This document shows, piece by piece, positions 8,418 through 18,351 of a stretch of DNA of 64,000 bases. The notes under the pieces were generated by a model, which saw only the letters and a program-made list of their open reading frames with translations, was not told the origin of the DNA and did not search any database. The stretch's first letter is position 1, and the number at the start of each line of letters is the position of its first letter. Position numbers and translations under genes: made by a program. This DNA comes from Phycisphaerae bacterium (GTDB lineage Bacteria; Planctomycetota; Phycisphaerae; Phycisphaerales; UBA1924). Where the stretch lies: NCBI GenBank assembly GCA_030426605.1, contig JAUHXM010000003.1:9406-73405 (forward strand), written 5' to 3'.

Positions 8418-11400
8418 CGGCCCACTCCTTGTCGTACAACGGGATCCACCGGTCCTCATCCGCGTTCGGGTCATCACCGAGCCTCAGCATCCCGTCCACT
8501 CCAGACCGGTCCTGCAGGCTGTTCAACGAACGCTCGGACAGGTCGCGCTGCAGCTGGCCCGACACGCCGTTGCGATCGCCGGGGATGACATGCGGCGTCA
8601 GAATCACGAGCAGCTCGGTCTTGATCTGCGCCTGATCTGTCGAGCGGAACAGCCCACCGACGACGGGCAGATCGCCGAAGAACGGTGTCTTGGTCTTTGT
8701 CACGCTGTCGCTCGTCTGGATGAGCCCGCCGATCACGACGGTCTCGCCGTCCTTGATCGTGACGGTCGTGTCCACCCGCCGCTGGGTGATGATCGGTGCC
8801 TGGAAGTTCTCGTCGATCTGCGTCGTGCGATCGGACAGAATCGAGATCTCCGGCTGAATGTCCAGGCGGACGTACCCGTCCGAGCTGATCGAGGGCGTCA
8901 CGTCGAGGGTGATGCCCACGTTCTCGCGCCGGACGATCGCGGTTGTCACGTTGTCGCGCCGCTCAACCCCGTCCGTGATCGCGATGTTCTCACCGACGTT
9001 GATAAACGCGGCCTCGTTGTCGTTCACCTGGACCTGCGGGCGGCTCAGAACCTCGAGCTTCCCCTGGCTCTGCAGCGCCCGAATGATGAGCCCGAAGTCC
9101 GAGCTCGCGACGGCGAGGTTGGGCACCCCCAACGCCGTCGCGACGCCGGTGCCCGCGCTCAACGCGTCGAACACAAACCCGTCTCCGCCGATCCGGCTGC
9201 CGCCCACCTGGTTGGTCAGCCCGTTCTCCGTCGTGGTCGCGATCGTGCCCCCGATCGCGATATCGACGCCGTACTCCTCGCTCGCGTTCAGCGTCACCTC
9301 GGCGATGAGCACCTCGATCATCACCTGCGGCGGCGACGCGTCGAGCTCCTCAACGATCGCCCGGACCGTGTCGATGTATCGCGGCGACGCCGAGATGATC
9401 AGCTTGTTCGAGCTCGGGTCACCGATCACAGTCACCTCCTGTTCGAGCTCGCGCAGCAGCGAACCAGACAGCTGCGGGCCGAGCGTCGCACGACGCAACT
9501 CCGACTCGCCCGCGAAGTACTGCTGAAGTGTGGTCGCGAGCTCGTCCGCCTGCGCGTTCTTGAGGTGATACACGACGCGCTCGCGCTCGTTCGCCTCGAT
9601 CGCGTCGAGCGCCGCGACCACTCGACTGACCTCCTCCATCAATTCGGGAGTCCCGCTCGCGAGCAGCGTGTTCGTGCGGCGATCGACGGTCACCGCGAGC
9701 TCGCGTCGCTCGTCCGAGATGGGCGTGACGGCCCGCGCCGAGAGCGGAACCTCGCCATCGCCAGGGGCTTGCCCGTCCTCTACCGGGGCCTCGCCGTACG
9801 GCGTCAGCACGTACCGATCGCCGCGTCGCTCGAGGTTGAAGAGATCAACCAGCAGCTCCTGCATCTGCACCGCGTCCGCGTTCGTAAGCCGGAACGCCTC
9901 GATGACGCGGTCGCCGCGCGTCTCGCCGTCCAGGTCCTCGACCATCGCCGCGATCAGGTCCATCAGCTCCGGCGGCGCTTTGACGAGCACCGAGTTTGTC
10001 CGAGGGTCGGGCGTAAGCGTCACCTGATCGCGGATGTCGCCGTCCAGCAGCGCCTCCGCCCGCGCCTCCTCGAGCCGATCACTCAGCACGCGCACGCGCG
10101 TCGCCCGCTGCCCCGCGCCGGCACCAGAGATCGACCGCCCGGCCAGCACGTCCTCGATCAACGCGACGGTGTCCCGCGCGTTCGCCGAATCGAGCGGGAT
10201 CCGCCGAACCTCCTCGATCAGGCCCGGCGCCGCCGTGTCCAGCCGCTCGGCGATCTCGCGGATAGCCGCGACGTCATCGGCCGTTCCCGTCACGAGCAAC
10301 GCGTTGAGTCGCTCGCTTGGAACGACCGCCACCGCGCGCGCGCCGCGACGCTCGATCTGCGGCTGCACATACAACTCATCCACAGCCCGAGACACCTCGA
10401 CCGCGCGCCCCGGTGCCTGGAGTTGAATGAGCGTCGTGCCCTCCGGTGACTCCGCGGCGAGCCCGCCGGTCAGCGCTCCAATCAGCTCGTTCACGAGCAC
10501 GAGATTCTCCTCGCTGCACGCGACGATCAGCACGCCGGCGGCCTGATCGGCTTCGATCGAGAAGACGTCCATCGGAGATTCACGCCCGCCGCGCGCCCGC
10601 GCCGCGTCCAGCCGGTCGCGCATGAGACGCTCGATCCGTGGCGCCAGCGCGTCCACGTCCGCTCCCGGCACCTCGATCACGTGCAGCCCGACCGCGAACC
10701 GCGCCTCGGGCTGGTCGAGCGTCGCGATGAGCTCTTGGAGAATCTCGAAGCTCCGCGGGCTCGTCGAGACAACCAGCGCGTTCGTCCGCTCGTCCACGTT
10801 CACCGTCACCCGGTCTTCTTCTCGTGCCGAGGGCAGACGCGCGCGTTCGTCGAACGTGTCGTCCACGATGTCCGCGACCCGGCGCGCATCCGCGTGCACT
10901 AGCGGGATGACACGCACGCTGTTGCCCGACCCGGCCCCCTCGACATCCAGCAACGCCACCAACTCCTCGATCGCGCGCACGTTCGTCGGGGTCGCGACCA
11001 CGACCAACGCGTTCATCGACTCCTCGGGCGTGATGACCACCCCCGCCATCGGGGCGAACACATCCGTCTCGACACCGCCCTCGGCCGCACCCACGCGGAG
11101 CCGGCCGATCTGCCTGCGGAGGCCGACCGCCTCGGGCGTCTCGCCGACGCCCTCGATCAGCACCTCTCGCAACAGTTCCGACATTGTCACGGCGTCGGCG
11201 TGTTCGAGTGGGAGCAGCACAACGTCCAGCCACCCACGGTTGGCCGCATCGCCGTCGAGCTGCGCGATCAGCACCTCGACGAGGGCCAGCGACTGTTCAG
11301 GGCCGGCGACGATCACCGAGTTCGTGCGCTCCTCCGTGGTGACCGAGATCTCTCCCGCGAGGGCCTGCCCCGCCGCCGTGGTCGGCATGGTCGCTCGGTC

Positions 11401-14400
11401 GGTCCCGCTGGCGCGGCGCACCCGCTCACCCTCGCGGAACAGGTCGTCGAGCACGCGCTCGACACGGTCCGCCGCCGCGTTCTCGAGCGGGAAGATCCGC
11501 ACCGTGACCGCCTCGCCGAGCGGCAGCCTGTCGAACAGACGCACCACCTCCTCGACCGCCGCGACGTTCGGCTCGCTCGACGCGATCAGCACCGAGTTGC
11601 TGCCGCCGTCCGCGATCAGACGCACGGGGATCGAAAGATCCAGCACGACCGGCTCGCCGCCGCGCCGCAGTCGCAGCCGGCGGACATGCTCGGCCAGCGC
11701 CCGCGCCGGGCCGGCGTCCGTCACGCTCGCGTCGCCGTCCAGCATCGCGCGCACGCGTTGGACAACCTGCCCCGCATCCGCCAGGCGAAGCCGCACCATG
11801 CCCACGTACTGCTCACCAGTCCCGGCGGACTGATCGAGCACGCTCACGAGCCGCTGGATCACCGCGACATCCGCCGCCGTCCCGACGACACCGATCGCTG
11901 ATCGCTCGGGCAGTTCGACCAGGGAGACCGGGTCGATCACGAGCCCGGGCCGGTCCGCCGGCGACGCGCGCGTCACACCCATCCGCTCGAGCGTCCGGAT
12001 CATCTCGACCGGGGTTGTCTTCGTGATCTCGACGACGGTCATCCCTGCCCCGAACCCCGCCGCGCCCATGGCGGGCGACTCATCGCGTGGGGCTTCCTGG
12101 GCGTCGGGCCCGCCGTCGAGGTCCTCGACGAGCCCGCGCACCTGCTCGAACATCTCGTTGGACGCCGAGACAATGAGCGCGTTCGTCGTGCGCTCGACCT
12201 GCACACTCAGCACCTCGCCCCGCTGGCGCGCGATCGGCCCGAGCGAACGCTGCACCGCGTCGCGAACCCGCGCCGCCGGGAGCGACCGGATCCGAACCAC
12301 CCGTGCCCGCGGCTGTGTCGTCTCCGCCTGGTGCTCCATCTCCGCGATGAATGACCGGATCTCACCAAACTCGGCGCCATCGGCGCGCACGAGCACCGCG
12401 CCCGAGAGGTCGTCACCCTCGATCAGCACGCGGCGCGGGTTCGAACCGGTGCCTTGCGCCACGAACACCCGGCGCGCCGCGTCCGCGATCACGCTCGCCC
12501 GCCCGTGCCTGATCGGCACAATCCGCGCGTCGGGCAAATCAAGGAAGTCAGGGACGTCGAGCTGCTCGACAATCTGGCGGATCCGATTGAGCTCCTTGCG
12601 GCCCGCGAAGACGAGCAGCGAGTTCGTCTGTACCTCCGCCGAGACTACGGGTACACCCTCGGAACCGACCAGCACCGCGGGCTCGACGAAGTCGCGATCG
12701 CGGTTGCCGCGAGCACGGCGCTCTGCTTCCAGGCGCACCCGCTCCTGGTCGAGCTGGTCTTCAAGCGGCTGGCGGAAGCCCTCGTTGAGCGCGCGAGCGA
12801 CGCTGACCGCCGACGCGTGCTTCAGCGGCATCACGACCAGCTGCTGCGACGTGTCGTACTCCTCCGTATCGAGCGTCACGAGCAGCTCGCGGATGCCTTC
12901 CCAGGTGGAAGCGTCCGCGCTGATGACGAGCGAGTTGGATGCCGGGTCGGGCACGATGCTGACCGCGCGCTCCGCGCTGGTGGTCGCCTCGGGCGCGAAC
13001 CGTCCGTAGAACACCTTGAGCGCCTCGGCGGTCTGTTCCGCATCGGCGTACTCCAGGCGCACAAACTCGGTCGTCCGCTCGCTCTCGCGTTCAACGTCAA
13101 ACTGCTCGATCATGCGCGCGATGAACGCCATCTCATCGACGGTCGCGGTCACCGCGATCGTGTTCGAATCCAGCAGGTAGTCGATCCCCGGACGGGGCTC
13201 ACCATCGCCGCGTGGGCGATTTCTGACCAACTCACGGAGCACGATCGCCAGTTCCGTCGCGTCCGCGTGGTCGAGCGCGAACCGCTGAAACTCGACGGGC
13301 GGCTGCTCGGGCTCGGTGTCCAGTTCCGCGATCTTGGTGCGGACGATCTCCAGATCATCGGGTGCCCCGGTCAGCATGACAGAGTTCGTGCGCGTGACGG
13401 GCGTCACCTTGACGCGCACCGTCTCGGGCAACGCGCTCGTCAGGGCCCGCGACAGGTCCGCCGCGCGGGCCGAGGTGAGCGCGATCACCTCGACAACCTC
13501 GCCCTCGCCGACGCCCGCCTCGACGATCGACTCGACCTGGAGCACCGCCTCCTCGACGAGCGAGCGTTTGCCCACGAGCAGCAGCACCTGCCGACGGCGA
13601 TCGACCTCGACCTCGACCTTGTTGGGGTCGCGCCCGCGCCAGGGGTACCAATTGGGCGTGCCGGACGTGTTCTCGACGATCCGCGCGATCGCGTTGAGAT
13701 CGGTCCCCGGTGCCGCGACGGCACGCACGATCACACCGCCCACGTCGTCGCCGGGGCGGTCGAGCTCCGAGATGATGCGTTCGATGATGTCGAACGTGTC
13801 GCCGTTCCCGAAGAGCAGAACGGTGTTCGTTCGCTCGTTGGTCTGGACGTAGACCCGATCGTCGGAGCCCGAGCCGCGGATGCCGCGGAACCAGGGGGAA
13901 CGCTCCCACTGCAGCTCCCAGGTGATGTTCTGGACGGTGTCCTCGATGTCGCTGACCTGGATGTGCTCGAGCGTGATGATTCGGTAGTCGAACTCACGCC
14001 CCTCCGCGGGTGCGTCAAACTGTGTAATCAGCGACGCGATCTGAGCGTAGTCGTCGTCGGATGCAGAAACGATGATCGTGCCGGACCGCTTATCGCCGAT
14101 GATCGCGGCGTCCCCCCCGCCGGACCGGATCCCGCGTTGGCGGTTGATCCGCGCGCGATCGCGGAAGAAGGTGCGGAGCGAGTCCGCGACCGCCTCGGCG
14201 TCCGCGCTCTCGAGCTTGATCGAACGCACCGGGTAGCTCGCGCCCTGCTCCTGATCCAGCTGCGCGACGAGTGAGCGGATCTCTTCGATGTCGGCTTCGG
14301 GAGCCCGCACCACGAGCACCCGGGCATCATCCTGCGGCGAGATCCGCATGGATTCACGCTTGCCGGGATCCCGCCCGACGAGGACCTCCTCGATTACGCG

Positions 14401-17400
14401 CGCGATCGCGCTGGGTCGTCCGTCGCGGATCCCGATGATCTCGAGGACCGAGTCCGGGAGGTCCTCGGACCTGTCCGCCTCGGCGAGGATGCCCTCGACC
14501 TCCTCGTGCTGGGCGCGCGTCGCCGTGACCAGCAACGCGTTGGATCGGTCATCGGCGACGAACCGGGCTCGGGGCGCTTCCCACGCAACCGGCCCCTGGC
14601 GTGACGCGTCGAACAAGGCTTGCAGGGTGCGTGCCAGCGCGTTCGCCTCCGCGTGCTCGAGCTCGTAGCGTCGGATCGCGAGCCGCTCGCCCGCCGGGCT
14701 CTTGTCGATGCTCTCGACCAGCGCGTCGATGACATCAAACGCGGCGTCCGGCGCGGCGATCACGAGCGCGGTGTAGCTGGGATCCGTCGTCACCGTCACC
14801 ACCGCCGGGTCGATCGCGGCAGTCCGGTCGGGCTCGCCCTCGACGCCAGGAAGCGTGATCTGTACCTCGCCCGTTCGGCGTCCCGGTCCTCGGTTGGGGT
14901 TGAGCAGGCCCTGCATGGTCTGGCGCGCTCGGTTCGCGTTCACGTTGTCGAGTTGGTAGATCTTGACTGTGAGCTCGATCGGGCGCTCGGCCCGCGCCAG
15001 TCCGCCGATGAGCTCGCGGACCGAGACAAAGTCCGTGTCGTTCGCCCAGACGATGAGCGACCCCGTCGCGCGGTCCGGTGTGACGCCGACGCGCCCCGTG
15101 AACCCGCCCGGGTTGTCCGCGCTCGTGCGCCCGAGCATCCGCACCGTCTGGTTCACGTACGACGCGATCGCGTTCGGGTCCACGCCCGCCGGGAGCTCGA
15201 CGATGCGCACCGCGGTCGCCTCGGGCGGCGTCTGGCGCTCCAGATCACGCACGATGCGCTGCACCTGATCGCTCACACGCTCCGAGCCCTCAACTACAAG
15301 CGAGTTCGTCGCGGGATCGACGGTGATCCGCACGACGGGCTCGTCCGCGTCCTCGTCGGTTGCGGCCTCGCTTTCCGGCGCGGGCTGCCACCCGACGACG
15401 GGTCCAACCATCCACGACCACGGCGCCACCCACCCGGCGTCAGACCGCTGATCTTGTGATTCGTTCTCCCCTGCCGCATCGGGATCGGGCTCGCTCTTCG
15501 CGCCCTCCATGAGTTCCTCGGCGCTGATGACTTCGACGCGGACCCCACCGCGCCGTTCGAGCAAATCGCGCACACGGCGTGCGGCTTCCTCGGCGTCCAT
15601 CCGCGACGGATCGACCGGGACCGTGCGCACGTTCCCGGTTGCGGACGCCGCCGCCGCATCGAGTCGGCGGGCCAGATCGCGCACGGCGCCGACCTGCTCG
15701 GGCGTGCCGCGCACGATGATCGCGTTGCTGGACCGGTCCGAACGGACCGTCGGCGGCGCGATCGCGGACTCGGCGTCGTCGTCGAACATCGCCCGTACCG
15801 CGGGCTCCACCTGCGCCGCGTCGGCGTTCGCGAGCGGGATCACGTCGATGCGCCGGTCGTCGCCGGCGTCCGCGTCTCCGGGCACGTCGAGCGAGCGGGC
15901 GAGCTCCTCGCCCATGTCGAGCAGGTCGAGCGGGGCGGTGATGAGGACGGCGTTCGTGCGCGCGTCCGCCGCGACGCGCGCCGTTCGCACATCCACGGGG
16001 CGCCCGCGACGCTCGAGTTCCCACACCATCTGCCATCGGAGCCACACGGGGACCAGGTCCACGAGGTTGTCCTGGGCGAGCAGCCGCTCGACGGTCGGCG
16101 CGACCGCCTCGGCGCGGGCGTGCTGCAGCACGACGGTCCGGACACCAAGCCCCGCGACCTCCGCGCGCTCGTCGAGCGCGGCGACGAGGTCCTCGGCTCG
16201 GCGCATGGCATCGGCGCTGCCGGTCACGACCACCGTGTTCGACCCTGCTTCGGGGGTCACGCTGGGCACCGGATCACCCGGGGGGACGTCCGCGTTGAGC
16301 GCCGCGTTGAGCGCCCGGGCGACGCTCTCGGCTTCGCCCTCCTCGAGTCGGAACGCGCGGACCTCGACCGGCGTTGTCGGCGGTGCATCCAGGGTCGCGA
16401 TCATGGACGCCGCGAGTTCCATGAGCGACGCGGGTGCCTCAACGATCACCCGATTCGTGCTCGCCTCGGCACGCGCCGTGGGACGTCCGATCGGCTCGCC
16501 CGACGCCTGCGCGCGGCGCAGCGACTCGGGCCACCGGTTGCGGTCGTTGAGCACGCGGTCTAGCTCGCGCGCGACACCCGCGGCGTCGGCGCCCGCGAGG
16601 TCGAACGCGCGCGTGACGATCTCGGGCGTTTGGGCAACGCGGTCGAGCCGCGACGCGAGGTCGGAGACCACACGGTGCGTCTCGGCGTCCGCCGTGATGA
16701 CGAGCGCGTTCGACGCTTCGATCACGCGGATGCTTGGCGGGTCCACCCCTTCGAGTTCGGGGGTCTGTGCGAGCATGGCCAGCAGCGGCTCGACAAGATC
16801 CGCCGCGTCCATCGCGCGGACGTCGATCACGCGGGTGATGAACCGGCTCGCGATCTCGCTCTGCCCCTCGGCGATGAGACGCTGCACGCGGGCGACGCCG
16901 GCCGCGGACCCGATGAGCGTGACGGACCGGTCCTCAGCGTCCACCATCGCCTGGACAGGGTCACGCCGGCCCTCATCGGTCAGCGTGTCGATCCGGATTG
17001 CATCGCTCACGACCGCTTCCGGTTCGCCCCGTGCGATGGGGATTCGCCGCGCCGTGGCGCGGACGCTCGGTTCAACATCAAGCGACGTCAGGACGGAGAC
17101 CACGGAGGCCGCCGCGTCGCTCGGTCCGGCGATCGCGATGCCCGACCCGTCGGGCGTCGGCGTGGTCCGCACGGTCGAGCTCACGTGCCGTGGCAGCAAG
17201 CGGTCGAGCAACCCCTGCACGGATCTTGCGTCGAGGTGCTCGAGCTTGACGACGCGGACCTCGCCCTCGGGCATGCCCTCACGCCCGGTGATGCCGGGGT
17301 CGAGGTCTTCGAGAACCGTCTCGAACTCCTGGATCTGCTCGTCCGTGCCGGATACGACCAGGCGGGCGACCGAGGGGAGCGCTCTGATGACCGGGCGATT

Positions 17401-18351
17401 GGGCGCGGGCACGCCCGCGAAGAGCGGCGCGAGGTGCCTCTGTGCCTCGTTCGCGTCGAGGCGTTCGACGCGGTACGAACGAACAATGCGGCCAGTGCCT
17501 CCGCCCGCGGGGACGTCGAGTTCCTTGATCAGGTCGTCGATCACCTGCAACCGCGCCGGCGGGCCGACCGCGATGACCGCGTTGAGCTCGTCCGAGGGAG
17601 ACAAACGCAGTGGCGGCTTGGAGACGTCGTCGTAGACCTTCGGCTGCTTGTTGTTGTCCATCACCACCAGTTGATCGCGTTCCGGGACGAGATCGCGGAG
17701 CGTCTGCACGAGCTTGCCCGCCTGCGCGTGGCGCAGCGGGAAGAGCCCGTAGTCCACATCGGCGGGACGCTGGGCGTCCACCCGTGCGATGAGCCGCGCG
17801 AGTCGTCGGCACTGCTCGCCGGTCTCGACGATGACGAGGAGATTCTGTGCGTCCACCGATTGGACCATGCCGGGTTCGCCCACGAGTGGGGCGAGGCGTT
17901 CGGCGAGCACCGCCGCGAGCGCGTTCTCGAGCGGGATCGAGAGCGTGACGTACTCGTCCGCCGGGACGTCATCGAGTTGATCGAGCCCGACGACAGGCGT
18001 CGGACGGCGCGCGGCGTCGGCGATGGATCGCAGGAACAGGAACGAATCCTCACGCTCCACGCGCACGCCGTGCGTCTTGAATGTGAGGTTGATGATCTCG
18101 ACCGCATCCGCGACCGAGTAGGCCTCGGGGGAGATGAACGTCATCGTCGCCTCGGGCACCGGCGTCTGCCGGATGACGGGCATGCCCGTCTGCCGGGCGA
18201 GCACGTCGAGCACCTGATCGTACGGCGCGCCGTTCAGCGTGAACCGCACGGGTGCGTTTTGCGCGTCATCCGTCGCATCTTGCGCGAGCACGCCAGTCGG
18301 CGTGACGACACAAAAAACGAGTGCGGCGAGTACGGATCGTGTCACCCTCAT
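8410..18351 (-). CDS. gspD: Giant secretin (GspD/PilQ superfamily), 3,313 aa, N0 + ~34 N-domain repeats + C-terminal secretin pore domain
   Basis: A single uninterrupted ORF. It begins with signal peptide MRVTRSVLAALVFCVVTPTGVLAQ and an N0-like start. It ends with a secretin domain at aa ~3086-3259 (nt 8575..9096): LSRPQVQVNDNEAAFINVGE, ITLDVTPSISSDGYVRLDIQPEIS, PFFGDLPVVGGLFRS, ELLVILTPHVI. In between, modules ending in xR[T/S]N[AST][LV][LI]V ... LD recur. ATG at 18351 overlaps the upstream stop (ATGA). Confidence 0.9.
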   Translation of the reverse strand: MRVTRSVLAALVFCVVTPTGVLAQDATDDAQNAPVRFTLNGAPYDQVLDVLARQTGMPVIRQTPVPEATMTFISPEAYSVADAVEIINLTFKTHGVRVEREDSFLFLRSIADAARRPTPVVGLDQLDDVPADEYVTLSIPLENALAAVLAERLAPLVGEPGMVQSVDAQNLLVIVETGEQCRRLARLIARVDAQRPADVDYGLFPLRHAQAGKLVQTLRDLVPERDQLVVMDNNKQPKVYDDVSKPPLRLSPSDELNAVIAVGPPARLQVIDDLIKELDVPAGGGTGRIVRSYRVERLDANEAQRHLAPLFAGVPAPNRPVIRALPSVARLVVSGTDEQIQEFETVLEDLDPGITGREGMPEGEVRVVKLEHLDARSVQGLLDRLLPRHVSSTVRTTPTPDGSGIAIAGPSDAAASVVSVLTSLDVEPSVRATARRIPIARGEPEAVVSDAIRIDTLTDEGRRDPVQAMVDAEDRSVTLIGSAAGVARVQRLIAEGQSEIASRFITRVIDVRAMDAADLVEPLLAMLAQTPELEGVDPPSIRVIEASNALVITADAETHRVVSDLASRLDRVAQTPEIVTRAFDLAGADAAGVARELDRVLNDRNRWPESLRRAQASGEPIGRPTARAEASTNRVIVEAPASLMELAASMIATLDAPPTTPVEVRAFRLEEGEAESVARALNAALNADVPPGDPVPSVTPEAGSNTVVVTGSADAMRRAEDLVAALDERAEVAGLGVRTVVLQHARAEAVAPTVERLLAQDNLVDLVPVWLRWQMVWELERRGRPVDVRTARVAADARTNAVLITAPLDLLDMGEELARSLDVPGDADAGDDRRIDVIPLANADAAQVEPAVRAMFDDDAESAIAPPTVRSDRSSNAIIVRGTPEQVGAVRDLARRLDAAAASATGNVRTVPVDPSRMDAEEAARRVRDLLERRGGVRVEVISAEELMEGAKSEPDPDAAGENESQDQRSDAGWVAPWSWMVGPVVGWQPAPESEAATDEDADEPVVRITVDPATNSLVVEGSERVSDQVQRIVRDLERQTPPEATAVRIVELPAGVDPNAIASYVNQTVRMLGRTSADNPGGFTGRVGVTPDRATGSLIVWANDTDFVSVRELIGGLARAERPIELTVKIYQLDNVNANRARQTMQGLLNPNRGPGRRTGEVQITLPGVEGEPDRTAAIDPAVVTVTTDPSYTALVIAAPDAAFDVIDALVESIDKSPAGERLAIRRYELEHAEANALARTLQALFDASRQGPVAWEAPRARFVADDRSNALLVTATRAQHEEVEGILAEADRSEDLPDSVLEIIGIRDGRPSAIARVIEEVLVGRDPGKRESMRISPQDDARVLVVRAPEADIEEIRSLVAQLDQEQGASYPVRSIKLESADAEAVADSLRTFFRDRARINRQRGIRSGGGDAAIIGDKRSGTIIVSASDDDYAQIASLITQFDAPAEGREFDYRIITLEHIQVSDIEDTVQNITWELQWERSPWFRGIRGSGSDDRVYVQTNERTNTVLLFGNGDTFDIIERIISELDRPGDDVGGVIVRAVAAPGTDLNAIARIVENTSGTPNWYPWRGRDPNKVEVEVDRRRQVLLLVGKRSLVEEAVLQVESIVEAGVGEGEVVEVIALTSARAADLSRALTSALPETVRVKVTPVTRTNSVMLTGAPDDLEIVRTKIAELDTEPEQPPVEFQRFALDHADATELAIVLRELVRNRPRGDGEPRPGIDYLLDSNTIAVTATVDEMAFIARMIEQFDVERESERTTEFVRLEYADAEQTAEALKVFYGRFAPEATTSAERAVSIVPDPASNSLVISADASTWEGIRELLVTLDTEEYDTSQQLVVMPLKHASAVSVARALNEGFRQPLEDQLDQERVRLEAERRARGNRDRDFVEPAVLVGSEGVPVVSAEVQTNSLLVFAGRKELNRIRQIVEQLDVPDFLDLPDARIVPIRHGRASVIADAARRVFVAQGTGSNPRRVLIEGDDLSGAVLVRADGAEFGEIRSFIAEMEHQAETTQPRARVVRIRSLPAARVRDAVQRSLGPIARQRGEVLSVQVERTTNALIVSASNEMFEQVRGLVEDLDGGPDAQEAPRDESPAMGAAGFGAGMTVVEITKTTPVEMIRTLERMGVTRASPADRPGLVIDPVSLVELPERSAIGVVGTAADVAVIQRLVSVLDQSAGTGEQYVGMVRLRLADAGQVVQRVRAMLDGDASVTDAGPARALAEHVRRLRLRRGGEPVVLDLSIPVRLIADGGSNSVLIASSEPNVAAVEEVVRLFDRLPLGEAVTVRIFPLENAAADRVERVLDDLFREGERVRRASGTDRATMPTTAAGQALAGEISVTTEERTNSVIVAGPEQSLALVEVLIAQLDGDAANRGWLDVVLLPLEHADAVTMSELLREVLIEGVGETPEAVGLRRQIGRLRVGAAEGGVETDVFAPMAGVVITPEESMNALVVVATPTNVRAIEELVALLDVEGAGSGNSVRVIPLVHADARRVADIVDDTFDERARLPSAREEDRVTVNVDERTNALVVSTSPRSFEILQELIATLDQPEARFAVGLHVIEVPGADVDALAPRIERLMRDRLDAARARGGRESPMDVFSIEADQAAGVLIVACSEENLVLVNELIGALTGGLAAESPEGTTLIQLQAPGRAVEVSRAVDELYVQPQIERRGARAVAVVPSERLNALLVTGTADDVAAIREIAERLDTAAPGLIEEVRRIPLDSANARDTVALIEDVLAGRSISGAGAGQRATRVRVLSDRLEEARAEALLDGDIRDQVTLTPDPRTNSVLVKAPPELMDLIAAMVEDLDGETRGDRVIEAFRLTNADAVQMQELLVDLFNLERRGDRYVLTPYGEAPVEDGQAPGDGEVPLSARAVTPISDERRELAVTVDRRTNTLLASGTPELMEEVSRVVAALDAIEANERERVVYHLKNAQADELATTLQQYFAGESELRRATLGPQLSGSLLRELEQEVTVIGDPSSNKLIISASPRYIDTVRAIVEELDASPPQVMIEVLIAEVTLNASEEYGVDIAIGGTIATTTENGLTNQVGGSRIGGDGFVFDALSAGTGVATALGVPNLAVASSDFGLIIRALQSQGKLEVLSRPQVQVNDNEAAFINVGENIAITDGVERRDNVTTAIVRRENVGITLDVTPSISSDGYVRLDIQPEISILSDRTTQIDENFQAPIITQRRVDTTVTIKDGETVVIGGLIQTSDSVTKTKTPFFGDLPVVGGLFRSTDQAQIKTELLVILTPHVIPGDRNGVSGQLQRDLSERSLNSLQDRSGVDGMLRLGDDPNADEDRWIPLYDKEWADE

